The notes under the pieces are model-generated. The model had not been told where the DNA came from. It saw only the letters and a program-made list of their open reading frames with translations, and made no database searches. A program made the translations under genes and the position numbers. A DNA stretch of 45,819 bases from Bacteroidales bacterium (GTDB lineage: Bacteria > Bacteroidota > Bacteroidia > Bacteroidales > UBA932): positions 1-45,819 of the forward strand of contig JAFZIX010000275.1 of NCBI GenBank assembly GCA_017554135.1, written 5' to 3'. Shown piece by piece: positions 27,618-36,669 of this stretch (the stretch's first letter is position 1; every line of letters starts with the position of its first letter).

Positions 27618-28566
27618 GATACTCGTCCTGGCGGCTATGGTTGCCGCCTGCGACAAGCCATATGAAATGGATCTTCCGCTTTCGGTGGACGGACGCCACA
27701 TCACACTGTCGAAAGACGGCGGCTCCACCCACGTGCTGGTATATTCCACCGGAGACTGGACGGCGCATTTCGATCACAGCGTGCGCTGGGCGGCAATCGA
27801 CCGCACTTCCGGCCACGGCAACTCCGAACTCGTCTTCTCGTTCGGCGCCAACTATGGCATCGCCCGCCAGGTTGGGATTGTGCTGGAGAGCGGCTCTGTG
27901 CGCGATACTGTCTTTATGTTGCAGAACGGTCCCGTCACCACCCCGTCGTTCCGTTTCACCGACGCTTCCGTTCCAATCCTGAGGGTTGGCGGAGAGGTGC
28001 GTGTATCGGCGACCAGCAACCTTTACTACAGCGCGGATGCGCTGGTGGCGAAGGCCATCTATACCACACCGGAAAACGTGAAGGACACCGTTGTCATCAC
28101 CGGCAACGATTCCGACCCGTCGCACTGGATCCTATCCGCCACTCCCGCTTGGAACGGACTTGCTTTTACGGTGGCGGACAATGCTTCCGGGAGTCTGCGT
28201 AACGCACAGATTCTTATGAACATCAACGATCCCACCGGGCGTACGCTTAAGAGCGTGATAACCGTGAACCAGACCATGGACGGTCCGAAATTCACCCTCA
28301 AAAGCGTAAGCGGAACCTATGAAAAAGAGGCCGCGACCGTGACGGCGGAGACGACTCTCAACAATATCTATCCGTACGGCGTCTCCATCACGGTACCGGA
28401 GACCTGCGACTGGATAAGCGCCCTGCGGCTCACTTCCCAGGGCCTTCAGTTCAATCTGTCGGAAAACGTTTCCGGAAAACTGCGTTCGGCAAAGATCAGC
28501 ATCGATTTCACCGATGATTCCGGAGCTAACGTAAAGGCATCATTTACTGTCATGCAAAAGGGTTAG
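27598..28566 (+). CDS. BACON-domain lipoprotein
   Basis: Lipobox 'MVAAC'; BACON repeats 'GDWTA...RWA...SGHGN...AN.G.AR', 'DWI...EN.SG..RSA.I'; start ATG 27598 (or 27592) overlaps the SusD end. Confidence 0.8.
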   Translation: MRNTVCKILVLAAMVAACDKPYEMDLPLSVDGRHITLSKDGGSTHVLVYSTGDWTAHFDHSVRWAAIDRTSGHGNSELVFSFGANYGIARQVGIVLESGSVRDTVFMLQNGPVTTPSFRFTDASVPILRVGGEVRVSATSNLYYSADALVAKAIYTTPENVKDTVVITGNDSDPSHWILSATPAWNGLAFTVADNASGSLRNAQILMNINDPTGRTLKSVITVNQTMDGPKFTLKSVSGTYEKEAATVTAETTLNNIYPYGVSITVPETCDWISALRLTSQGLQFNLSENVSGKLRSAKISIDFTDDSGANVKASFTVMQKG

Positions 28567-28569
28567 TAT

Positions 28570-30948
28570 ATGAAAAAGACAATAATTATACTGGCATCTC
28601 TTCTCCTGCTTGCCGCCTGCAAGGTGGACGACTCCGCCTTCGTTCCTCTCGTGGAACTGGGTACTCCGGAGGAGTCTTATCTGCTCGAAGCGGACGGAGG
28701 AAAGATAGACCTTCAGATCTTCTCCAACAGCGACTATACCGTAAAGCTCGACAGGGAAGCCTCCTGGCTTACCCTCGGGGCGACCGAAGGCAGGGGTGAC
28801 GGAGTTCTCTCCGTTACCGCAGCGCTCAACGAAGGTTTCCGCCGCATGGCCGGCGTGGTGCTCTGCTCGGAACTTGACACGCGTCGCGACACCGTGCTGA
28901 TCAAGCAGAAAGGAATGATGGAAACCACCCTTTCCATCGCCAACACCTCAATAGTCGGAGCGGGTAAGGGCGGGACAACAGAGGCCCCGATCAATACCAA
29001 TATCGACTTCAGCGAGATGCAGGTTGTCGTCAACTATCTGGAAGACAGCGACTGGATTACCGGAGTGACCATCGAAGGCGGGAACATAGAGATTACTACG
29101 CTTCCCAACGAAGACCCGGTAAAGGTGCGCACCGCCGCGATTGTCCTGTCTTTTATGGACGGTTGGGGCGAACTGTTCGAGCTGCAGCTTAACTTCTCCC
29201 AGAAAAACGCCAATGAGATCCTTGGCGAGCTCATCTCCCTGGCAGACCTCAAGAGCTTCTATGAGGACGGGGTCATCAACGAAGACATCCTCGTGGAAGG
29301 CATTGTGGTGAGCAATACTCCGGGCGGCAACGCCGGAGAGAACGAGCAGAAGACAACGTCTTCCATCGATTACAGCGGCAGCAAGAGCACCGTTTACCTG
29401 GAAGCTTACGACGGCAGCTGCGGGGTGATGCTCCTTACGGCCACTCCCGAAGACAACATCTTCAACCGTTATGACCACGTCACCGTCCGTATCAAGGGAA
29501 CGGAACTGGAGAAAAACAAGGAACCGACCCGTTTCTGCGTCAAAGGCGTCGCATCATCGATGATTGTCTCCCAGACGGCCGGCAGCAAGAGCGACGTCCC
29601 GGTAAAAGTAAAGGCATTCAAAGACCTTACCGACGACGACATCTTCACGTACGTTACCCTGAAAGACGTGGAGTTCCCGCTGCGCAAGGGAGCCATCATG
29701 CCGATCAATGAGGGCTACTCCATTGCCAGCAACGTGAACCGCATAAGCAAGTATCCGCGTCTTCTTCGCGACAAGGATGGGAACAGCTTCTATATGTACA
29801 CCAATTCCGTGTGTCTTTACCGTAACGACGGAACCCGCCTTCCATACGGCAGCGGCAATGTCTCGGGTGTGATAGTGCACGAGCGTTATTCCCGTTTCAC
29901 CTGGAAGCAGGGAGCCGACCTTCTGGACATCGATATGGACCAGGAACTCGGGAACATCGGCCGCTACCAGATCCGCCATCAGGACAAGGAGGACATCTGG
30001 GGCGAGATGAATGACAGCGTGGAAGACAGCTTCTCCGCCCTGCTCACCGAGTACCGTTTCTGGAATCCGGATCCGGCCGACTCCGTGATGCGTCCGACCT
30101 ATGGCACCAACGGCTGGTTCACTCACACATATCAGAAGAAATACACCGGATCCGACATCAAGGATTTCACTTATGATGTTGAGGATTTCCGCAGAGGCCA
30201 GCACCTGCAGTCGGAAGTGTGCTTCAGTTATCTCGGTCCGATGGGAATGAATGCCGACTATTTGTTCGGTCTCCATCCGGGCAATGTGAACGGACTCGGC
30301 ATCGTGCTCGATCCGGCAAAAGAACACTGGAACGCGGAAATGGACGACTGGGTTGCGGAGAACAAGGACGGCAATCCAGAATGGATGGAAGGTTCTGTAA
30401 CCGATGAGGAGAACAAAATCCGCATCGCCAACGGCGGTAACATGTTTGGCCGTACCTGGTGTGCAGCCGACACCTACTGCACTTTCCGTTCGCAGAACTG
30501 GTGGGACTACGACCTCGGCCGCGGTTACGCCTGGATGCTGAACTTCTCAACCGAGGGCGTTGCCACCGACCATCTGTCCCTCCAGATTTCCCAGCTCAAT
30601 ACCGCACAGAAGTTCTATGCTCCGCGTTATTGGAAAGCCGAATGGAGTGAAGTGGATTCGATGAATCCGGCCGATGACGATAAGTGGCATCTCATCGCCG
30701 AATACACTGTTCCCGACATTTCACAGTGGTCGAACACTCTGTACAGTTCGATTGTCGGATTCAAGTCGATGGACTTCCCCCTCCCGCTTGAAATGCTTGG
30801 AAAGCGCAATGTTTACATCCGTCTGATGCCCACGTCCGACGTCTGTTCCGACGGCGGCGACTATGCGGATGCCGTGATGGGGACCGAAACGGGCAGCGGC
30901 TATCACGATAACACTATAGAGTATATAGCAATACGTTATAACAAATAA
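28570..30948 (+). CDS. Lipoprotein with BACON domains and DUF5689-like OB-fold region
   Basis: Lipobox 'LLAAC'; two BACON-like repeats; 'ISLADLK...VEGIVVS...GN', 'YVTLKDVEF', 'LPYGSGNVSGV', 'YQIR'. Confidence 0.75.
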   Translation: MKKTIIILASLLLLAACKVDDSAFVPLVELGTPEESYLLEADGGKIDLQIFSNSDYTVKLDREASWLTLGATEGRGDGVLSVTAALNEGFRRMAGVVLCSELDTRRDTVLIKQKGMMETTLSIANTSIVGAGKGGTTEAPINTNIDFSEMQVVVNYLEDSDWITGVTIEGGNIEITTLPNEDPVKVRTAAIVLSFMDGWGELFELQLNFSQKNANEILGELISLADLKSFYEDGVINEDILVEGIVVSNTPGGNAGENEQKTTSSIDYSGSKSTVYLEAYDGSCGVMLLTATPEDNIFNRYDHVTVRIKGTELEKNKEPTRFCVKGVASSMIVSQTAGSKSDVPVKVKAFKDLTDDDIFTYVTLKDVEFPLRKGAIMPINEGYSIASNVNRISKYPRLLRDKDGNSFYMYTNSVCLYRNDGTRLPYGSGNVSGVIVHERYSRFTWKQGADLLDIDMDQELGNIGRYQIRHQDKEDIWGEMNDSVEDSFSALLTEYRFWNPDPADSVMRPTYGTNGWFTHTYQKKYTGSDIKDFTYDVEDFRRGQHLQSEVCFSYLGPMGMNADYLFGLHPGNVNGLGIVLDPAKEHWNAEMDDWVAENKDGNPEWMEGSVTDEENKIRIANGGNMFGRTWCAADTYCTFRSQNWWDYDLGRGYAWMLNFSTEGVATDHLSLQISQLNTAQKFYAPRYWKAEWSEVDSMNPADDDKWHLIAEYTVPDISQWSNTLYSSIVGFKSMDFPLPLEMLGKRNVYIRLMPTSDVCSDGGDYADAVMGTETGSGYHDNTIEYIAIRYNK

Positions 30949-30968
30949 CCCTATTAAAACACAAAACA

Positions 30969-32816
30969 ATGAAAAAGTTATTATTGATTGCGGCAGCAGC
31001 CATCGTGGCTTTCGCCGCCTGTCAGAAAGACCCGGAAGATACCGGCAAACAGGAAGCTAAGGCTCCCGTTCTGACAAAGATTCAGCCTTCAAGCGGCTAC
31101 GCCGGAGACGTGGCGACCATTACCGGTGAGAACTTCTCCGCCAAAGCAGCTGACAACAAGGTTGTCGTCGGCACTGCCGAAGCTGAGGTGAAGGAAGCTA
31201 CTGCTACCACCCTCAAGATCGTCCTTCCCGAGAATCCTGAAGGAGCGGCAAAGATTGCCGTTACCGTGGGCGGAAAGAGCTCCAAGGAGGATATCACTTT
31301 CACCTATCTGAAGCTCGTCCTTCCCATGACCGTGAGCGGAATCGCTCCTGCAGAGGCGAAGATCGGCGACGTGGTTGTCATTTCAGGTGAGAATTTCGGC
31401 ACCGATCCCAGCGCTGTCACCGTTCTCTTCGGAGAGGCTGTAGCAGAGATCAAGACCATCACCGAAACCGCTATCACCGTCATCGTTCCCGAAGGGAATG
31501 GCGATGTGGCCGTTCTGGTGCTTAAGGGCGACGAGACATCCGATCCTCAGATGTTCACCTACAAGTTCGACCGCGTGATCACGATCACCGAGGTTTCCCC
31601 GCTTATGGTCACCAAGGATGACGAAGTTACCGTTGTGGGTACCGGTTTCACCGATAATGTTGAGGACGTAACCGTTCTTTTCGGTGAAACAGAGGCTACT
31701 GTCACCGTTTCCGGTGAAGACGGCATCAAGTTCGACGTCCCCGCCGGTCTTGAGAGCCTCAAGGATTACGAGATCACAATCAAGGTAGCGGGTGCAGCGC
31801 CGGTTACCGCAGGTCTCGTCCGTTTCTATCAGGTTGCGAAATATCGTGTTGATTGCGTCCTTGGTAATTTCACCAGCGGCACTTCCACCAACATCGAAGG
31901 TGTCGGCCTCGCGGCTAACATCGCAATGCCAGAATGTATGGCACTCAACCCCGACGGAACAGAGATCTGGACAACCAGCCGCGGCGGCTCCGGTGACTAT
32001 CACGGAATTCAGCGCATCAATCTCACCAACATGGAGATGAAGATGGTTGCAACGAAAAATGAGATCGGCACGGGTAAATATCCTTGGGGAGGCGCATTCA
32101 ACTCAAAGGGTGAGTTCCACGTGTGTCTTAAAGCTACCGGCTCTTTCGGTAAAGTTGTGGACGGCGAATACACCGCATACTCAATCTTCAAGGAAGACGG
32201 TACGACAAAGGCTGCTGCCGTCCCGATGACCTGCATCTTCGACGCCAGCGACAATATGTACATCGCAAACCGCGATGCCAAGGAAGTTGTGGTTGCATAC
32301 GACGGAAAGTATGTCAAGTCCTATACTGATGCTCCGACCGGCATCTACACAATCGCTTTCAATCCCGAAAAGACCATCATCGCTGTCGGATGTAACGGCG
32401 GCTACAAGATGTCTCTGCTCGATGTTGAGAAAGGCGAGTACACCGTAGTTGCAGGAACAGGTACCAAGCCGACGAAGGATAATTATACCGATGGAGACGC
32501 GGGCAACCCGCAGTCTGCCATCATCGGCGCAATCTGCGGTATCTATTGGGACAACGACGGCTGTATCTATTTCAACGATCAGACCTCTCTTACCTTCCGT
32601 GTTCTCATCCCCGGAGTCGGTGGAGATTATTCCAAGGGTGTTGTCAAGACACTCGCCGGACAGCCTCTAACAAGTGGTTGTGTTGACGGCGACGGCCTCT
32701 CTGAAGTAAAATTCAGGGCCCAGGGCATGCTCACCAAGGATCCCAAGACCGGATTCTTCTATATGGCGGACGGCGGTAGCCATCGCGTTCGCAAGATTTC
32801 TGTCGTTGCAGAATAA
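30969..32816 (+). CDS. Lipoprotein with three IPT/TIG domains and a C-terminal NHL-like beta-propeller
   Basis: Lipobox 'FAAC'; repeats 'I.P..G..GD..TI.GENF...V.FG..AE'; propeller motifs 'DNMYIANR', 'VKTLAG...G.VDG', 'FYMADGGSHRVRKI'. Confidence 0.85.
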   Translation: MKKLLLIAAAAIVAFAACQKDPEDTGKQEAKAPVLTKIQPSSGYAGDVATITGENFSAKAADNKVVVGTAEAEVKEATATTLKIVLPENPEGAAKIAVTVGGKSSKEDITFTYLKLVLPMTVSGIAPAEAKIGDVVVISGENFGTDPSAVTVLFGEAVAEIKTITETAITVIVPEGNGDVAVLVLKGDETSDPQMFTYKFDRVITITEVSPLMVTKDDEVTVVGTGFTDNVEDVTVLFGETEATVTVSGEDGIKFDVPAGLESLKDYEITIKVAGAAPVTAGLVRFYQVAKYRVDCVLGNFTSGTSTNIEGVGLAANIAMPECMALNPDGTEIWTTSRGGSGDYHGIQRINLTNMEMKMVATKNEIGTGKYPWGGAFNSKGEFHVCLKATGSFGKVVDGEYTAYSIFKEDGTTKAAAVPMTCIFDASDNMYIANRDAKEVVVAYDGKYVKSYTDAPTGIYTIAFNPEKTIIAVGCNGGYKMSLLDVEKGEYTVVAGTGTKPTKDNYTDGDAGNPQSAIIGAICGIYWDNDGCIYFNDQTSLTFRVLIPGVGGDYSKGVVKTLAGQPLTSGCVDGDGLSEVKFRAQGMLTKDPKTGFFYMADGGSHRVRKISVVAE

Positions 32817-32819
32817 ACT

Positions 32820-33782
32820 ATGAAAAGAATCCTGACACTCTGCACGTTTTTAGTGCTGTGTTTCAGTGCTGTGAGTTGGGGCGGCGAAAAGCCGCTCCGG
32901 CTCCTGTACTGGAATATCCAGAACGGAATGTGGTCGGGGCAGGAGGACAACTACAATGCCTTTGTCTCTTGGGTGAAGGAGCGCAGGCCGGACATCTGCG
33001 TCTGGTGCGAAGCCGAAACCATCTACAAGACAGGCACCGACAATAAACTGTCGGCGGAAGACCGTTATCTGGTGGGCGGGTGGAAGAAGCTCGCCCGCCG
33101 TTACGGTCACCGGTACATTTACGTGGGGGCGCACCGCGACAGTTACCCGCAGGTGATAACCTCGCGTTATCCCATCAGTAACATCGCTCGCATAACAGGT
33201 CCCACACCCGATTCGCTCGTGGTGCACGGGGCGGGATGGGCCAGGGTAAAAGTCCGCGGTAAAACCCTCAACATAGTCACTCTGCATGCGAGTCCCCTTG
33301 CGTATGATTTCCGGCTCAAGCATGCCCCGAAGGAAGACCAGAAAGCCGATGCCGCCCGCCATGGAGGCGACCGCTACCGCCGCATGGAAATGGAAATAAT
33401 CTGCCGGAACACTGTCCTCACCGAGCCTGCTGCCTCCAAAGGCTACTGGCTGATGATGGGCGATTTCAATTCGGTGTCCCGCCTTGACAACGCCTTCTAC
33501 TGCTACCCTGAGGACGACCTGCGCTTTCTCGCCCACGACTATATTCTCGACAATACCCCGTACCTTGACGTGGTGAAAGAAAAACACCCGGACGCTTTCT
33601 TCCGTTCCGCCCAGAGCAACACCCGCATCGACTTCGTTTACGCCACCCCGGCGCTTATGGACAGGGTGATCGGCGCAGACATCATTGAAGATACATATAC
33701 TACGCCTGTGCGCAGTTCAGAGGTGCACGGCTTTTTCCTCCCGTCGGACCACCTGCCCATCCTGATAGATTTCTCTTTATGA
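32820..33782 (+). CDS. Secreted (SPI) endonuclease/exonuclease/phosphatase family protein
   Basis: 'LLYWNIQNG', 'PDICVWCEA', 'TLH', 'MGDFN', 'RIDFVY', 'PSDHLPI'. Confidence 0.9.
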   Translation: MKRILTLCTFLVLCFSAVSWGGEKPLRLLYWNIQNGMWSGQEDNYNAFVSWVKERRPDICVWCEAETIYKTGTDNKLSAEDRYLVGGWKKLARRYGHRYIYVGAHRDSYPQVITSRYPISNIARITGPTPDSLVVHGAGWARVKVRGKTLNIVTLHASPLAYDFRLKHAPKEDQKADAARHGGDRYRRMEMEIICRNTVLTEPAASKGYWLMMGDFNSVSRLDNAFYCYPEDDLRFLAHDYILDNTPYLDVVKEKHPDAFFRSAQSNTRIDFVYATPALMDRVIGADIIEDTYTTPVRSSEVHGFFLPSDHLPILIDFSL

Positions 33783-36487
33783 AAAAACTCTGTTTTGTAA
33801 AAACATTTGCGATTCTTACAATGACGGCGTTAGTAGGAGCCGCCTGCCGGAAGCAAGAATCGGGAACAACTCCTGGCGGTGAGCAGTCGGAGATTGAGAA
33901 TGTCTCAGCCGACAGTCTCAAGGCTGTTTTCGCAGAACCGGTGAGCAAGACAGCCTTCGTCGGCCCGGTGTATTCCTGGATGACGGACGACCGCATCCGG
34001 GTGGCAGCAGCCGAGGAAGGCACCATCGACTTCAAGTATTCAGGGATGCCGTCGGCAGGAGAGGTTACCTTTGTGAAAAATGAGTCTACTGCGAAAACGG
34101 TTCTGTTCGGCGCTGAAGGATTTGCCATATATCCTTCGCTTGCCGAGGAGAATTGCATTGTGGATGCGGGTACTATGACATTGAACCTCAAGAACCGTTA
34201 CGACTGGTCAGAGGGTAATCTCGAGGCCCCGATGATTGCAAAAGTCCTTTCCGGAACGCCTCTCAGTTTTACCAATATGTGCGGCCTGCTCAAGGTTGTT
34301 TACACCAACATTCCTTCCGATGCCGCGAGCCTCGTTGTCGTGACGCCGGGCTACGAAACCACCAGTTCCCTGCAGGTTGTCGGCTGGAACGGCGCGTTCG
34401 AATCGGACACTCCATACCTGCAGGCGAGGTCTGGCGGAGACGGGGAAATAAACATATCGTTCCCTCCCGGTTCTTCATCGGAGAAAACCTTCTATATCCC
34501 GTTGCCCGTGGGGCCCGGAGCGTCACATCTGTATCCGAAAATCAGGCTGTATCTTGCAACCTTAGAGGGAGAACTCATCCCGGGAACGCTACGAACGGCG
34601 ACAAACCTTCAAATTGAACGCACAGCAATCAAGCCTATGCCGGAAGTTCCTGTTCCAAGTCCGTATTCCGTAACGACGCTGTTCGGGCAGAAAGGCCGCA
34701 ATACGGCTGCTGGCTCTAAAACCGGGGGAGATTACTCAAACGTGGTGATGGGCTGCCCTCGCGGTCTTGGCTGGATAAATCCCGGCCATACGGCATTCAT
34801 TCTCGACCAGAACCAGAGCGTGCGTATCTGGAATCTCGATTCCAAAACGGTTTCCGAGCCACAAACCTATGAGAGTTCGTCCTATGTCCCGTGGTACGGC
34901 ACTTATAGGGACGGTTTGGTTTATTTTGCGGAAAAAGCCCAGGGTAAGATTTATTCGTACAACGTTTCTTCCGGCGCATTCACCCTCCTGCGCTCCGATT
35001 ATTCCGGAAAGAGCCCGGTGGACGTCAAATTCGATTCTGCCGGGAACGCCTATGTGGCGGTATGGGACAATTATGCAATTTATCGTTTCGACGGAGGAAA
35101 CCTTAACGCAGCCTCGCCGTCGGCAACCTACAGTTTTGACGGCAAGCGTCCGCTAAGCATGGCGTTCGACCCTTATGGCGACATGATTGTCACAACCAAC
35201 GGCGGCCAGGTGATTCGGCTCGACACTGTTAGTGGCGAGCAGGAGCTCATTGCCGGGGAAAAAGCCGCCAACACCATTGATGACGGCACTGCCGGTCGTC
35301 CCCGCACCGCCAAATTTACCAACAACCTGAATTCTGTTGTGGTTACTTCCGGAGGAGTCATCTACCTGGGAGACAATTACCGTTTGAGAAAGATAGTGCC
35401 CGGTCTGGCCGGTTACGCGGATGCAGTCGTATCTACCGTTGCCGGGTCGACACAGGCAGCCTATCGCGAGGTGGGCGACGGAGTAGGGAGTGGCGCTACA
35501 TTCAATTCCTTCGGCGGCATGATGCTGAGTCCGGACGAATCGGTTCTCTATATGACCGAGCAGACGGGAGGCTATGTGCGGGAGATCTTCCTTGGTAACG
35601 CCGATGCTTCCGTTTCTCCCTCACCAAGGCTCAGAGCCGGAACATTCAATATCCGTTTCATAACCGACAAGGACACAGGCGACAGAGCATGGGACGTACG
35701 CAAGACCAAGGTGGTGCGCCTCATACAGGACTACGGCTTCGACGTTATCGGTTTCCAGGAGTCCACGTCTGATCAAAGGACTTACCTCAAGTCGCAGCTC
35801 TCCGGCTATTCTTTCCAGGAATCCGGCTATGAAGAGCCGTGCATCGCATGGAAGAGTTCCCGTTTTACCAAACTCGACTGGGGCCAGTTCTGGCTGAGTC
35901 CGAATCCGGACACGCCTAATTCGAAGCCTGGCTCGCCATGGATAGACGTTACCATCCCGCGCAGCCGCATCTGCATCTGGGTCAAGCTGCGCGACACACA
36001 GACAGGCAATACCCTTCTGTTTATGAATACTCACCTTGAGGTGTACTCGTCCGGTATTGCCGGAACAGGAGGCCTTTCGGAGGAAGAACTTGAGGAGCGT
36101 TGTGTCACGGTGAGGGACAAATCGGCCGAACTGATTATCGAAAGGGCAACAACCTTGAGCGGAGGAAGCATACCGACGATACTTGTGGGCGACATGAACA
36201 GCGCCACCACCGAATCTGGAAACGAGCGATTCAAGGCCTTCTTCACCGATGCCTACTACGACGACTTGCTGGTTGAAACTAACTGCAAATACGGCCCCGT
36301 AGCCACTTATAACGCATGGAGCGACACGGATGAGCAGGCGGCCAAGTGGTATCACCGCTACGATGACGTTTATTTCAAATGGGGCCTTGTTCCCGATTCA
36401 TACAGGGTAATACGACGCAATTACGACGATGTTTTACCCTCCGATCACTGGCCGGTTTTAGTAGAATTTATGTTAAACTCATTATAA
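33779..36487 (+). CDS. Lipoprotein: fimbrillin-like domain + NHL-like propeller + C-terminal EEP domain
   Basis: Lipobox 'GAAC'; 'KTAF...W..DD.I.V', 'APM.A...L.F'; NHL motifs; EEP 'GTFNIR', 'DVIGFQE', 'GQFWLS', 'NTHL', 'VGDMN', 'PSDHWPV'. Confidence 0.85.
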   Translation: MKKLCFVKTFAILTMTALVGAACRKQESGTTPGGEQSEIENVSADSLKAVFAEPVSKTAFVGPVYSWMTDDRIRVAAAEEGTIDFKYSGMPSAGEVTFVKNESTAKTVLFGAEGFAIYPSLAEENCIVDAGTMTLNLKNRYDWSEGNLEAPMIAKVLSGTPLSFTNMCGLLKVVYTNIPSDAASLVVVTPGYETTSSLQVVGWNGAFESDTPYLQARSGGDGEINISFPPGSSSEKTFYIPLPVGPGASHLYPKIRLYLATLEGELIPGTLRTATNLQIERTAIKPMPEVPVPSPYSVTTLFGQKGRNTAAGSKTGGDYSNVVMGCPRGLGWINPGHTAFILDQNQSVRIWNLDSKTVSEPQTYESSSYVPWYGTYRDGLVYFAEKAQGKIYSYNVSSGAFTLLRSDYSGKSPVDVKFDSAGNAYVAVWDNYAIYRFDGGNLNAASPSATYSFDGKRPLSMAFDPYGDMIVTTNGGQVIRLDTVSGEQELIAGEKAANTIDDGTAGRPRTAKFTNNLNSVVVTSGGVIYLGDNYRLRKIVPGLAGYADAVVSTVAGSTQAAYREVGDGVGSGATFNSFGGMMLSPDESVLYMTEQTGGYVREIFLGNADASVSPSPRLRAGTFNIRFITDKDTGDRAWDVRKTKVVRLIQDYGFDVIGFQESTSDQRTYLKSQLSGYSFQESGYEEPCIAWKSSRFTKLDWGQFWLSPNPDTPNSKPGSPWIDVTIPRSRICIWVKLRDTQTGNTLLFMNTHLEVYSSGIAGTGGLSEEELEERCVTVRDKSAELIIERATTLSGGSIPTILVGDMNSATTESGNERFKAFFTDAYYDDLLVETNCKYGPVATYNAWSDTDEQAAKWYHRYDDVYFKWGLVPDSYRVIRRNYDDVLPSDHWPVLVEFMLNSL

Positions 36488-36506
36488 TCAATCATTTATT
36501 ATAACC

Positions 36507-36656
36507 ATGAAAACAAAAAACTACCAAATTCCTCTCTGCGAGGAAATACTGCTCGCAGGAGAGGGTGTCATCTGTGCGTCCGTTCTTCTTCTTCCGACGG
36601 ATTTGTCGTCCGGACTTGAAGATTGGAGCACTTTGAGTGAAGGTTCATGGGATTAA
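36507..36656 (+). CDS. Small 49-aa peptide not in the ORF track
   Basis: MKTKNYQIPLCEEILLAGEGVICASVLLLPTDLSSGLEDWSTLSEGSWD*; AT-rich initiation region; fills the gap between two operon genes. Confidence 0.75.
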   Translation: MKTKNYQIPLCEEILLAGEGVICASVLLLPTDLSSGLEDWSTLSEGSWD

Positions 36657-36669
36657 GGAGGAAAGTAAC

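Noticed and set aside
19516-36487. EEP proteins as anti-phage nucleases or retroelement endonucleases
   Set aside because: All have export signals and lie in a SusCD operon with GDPD and GlpT; no reverse transcriptase or defence genes. Extracellular nucleic-acid use is not excluded, but no nucleoside-catabolism genes are present
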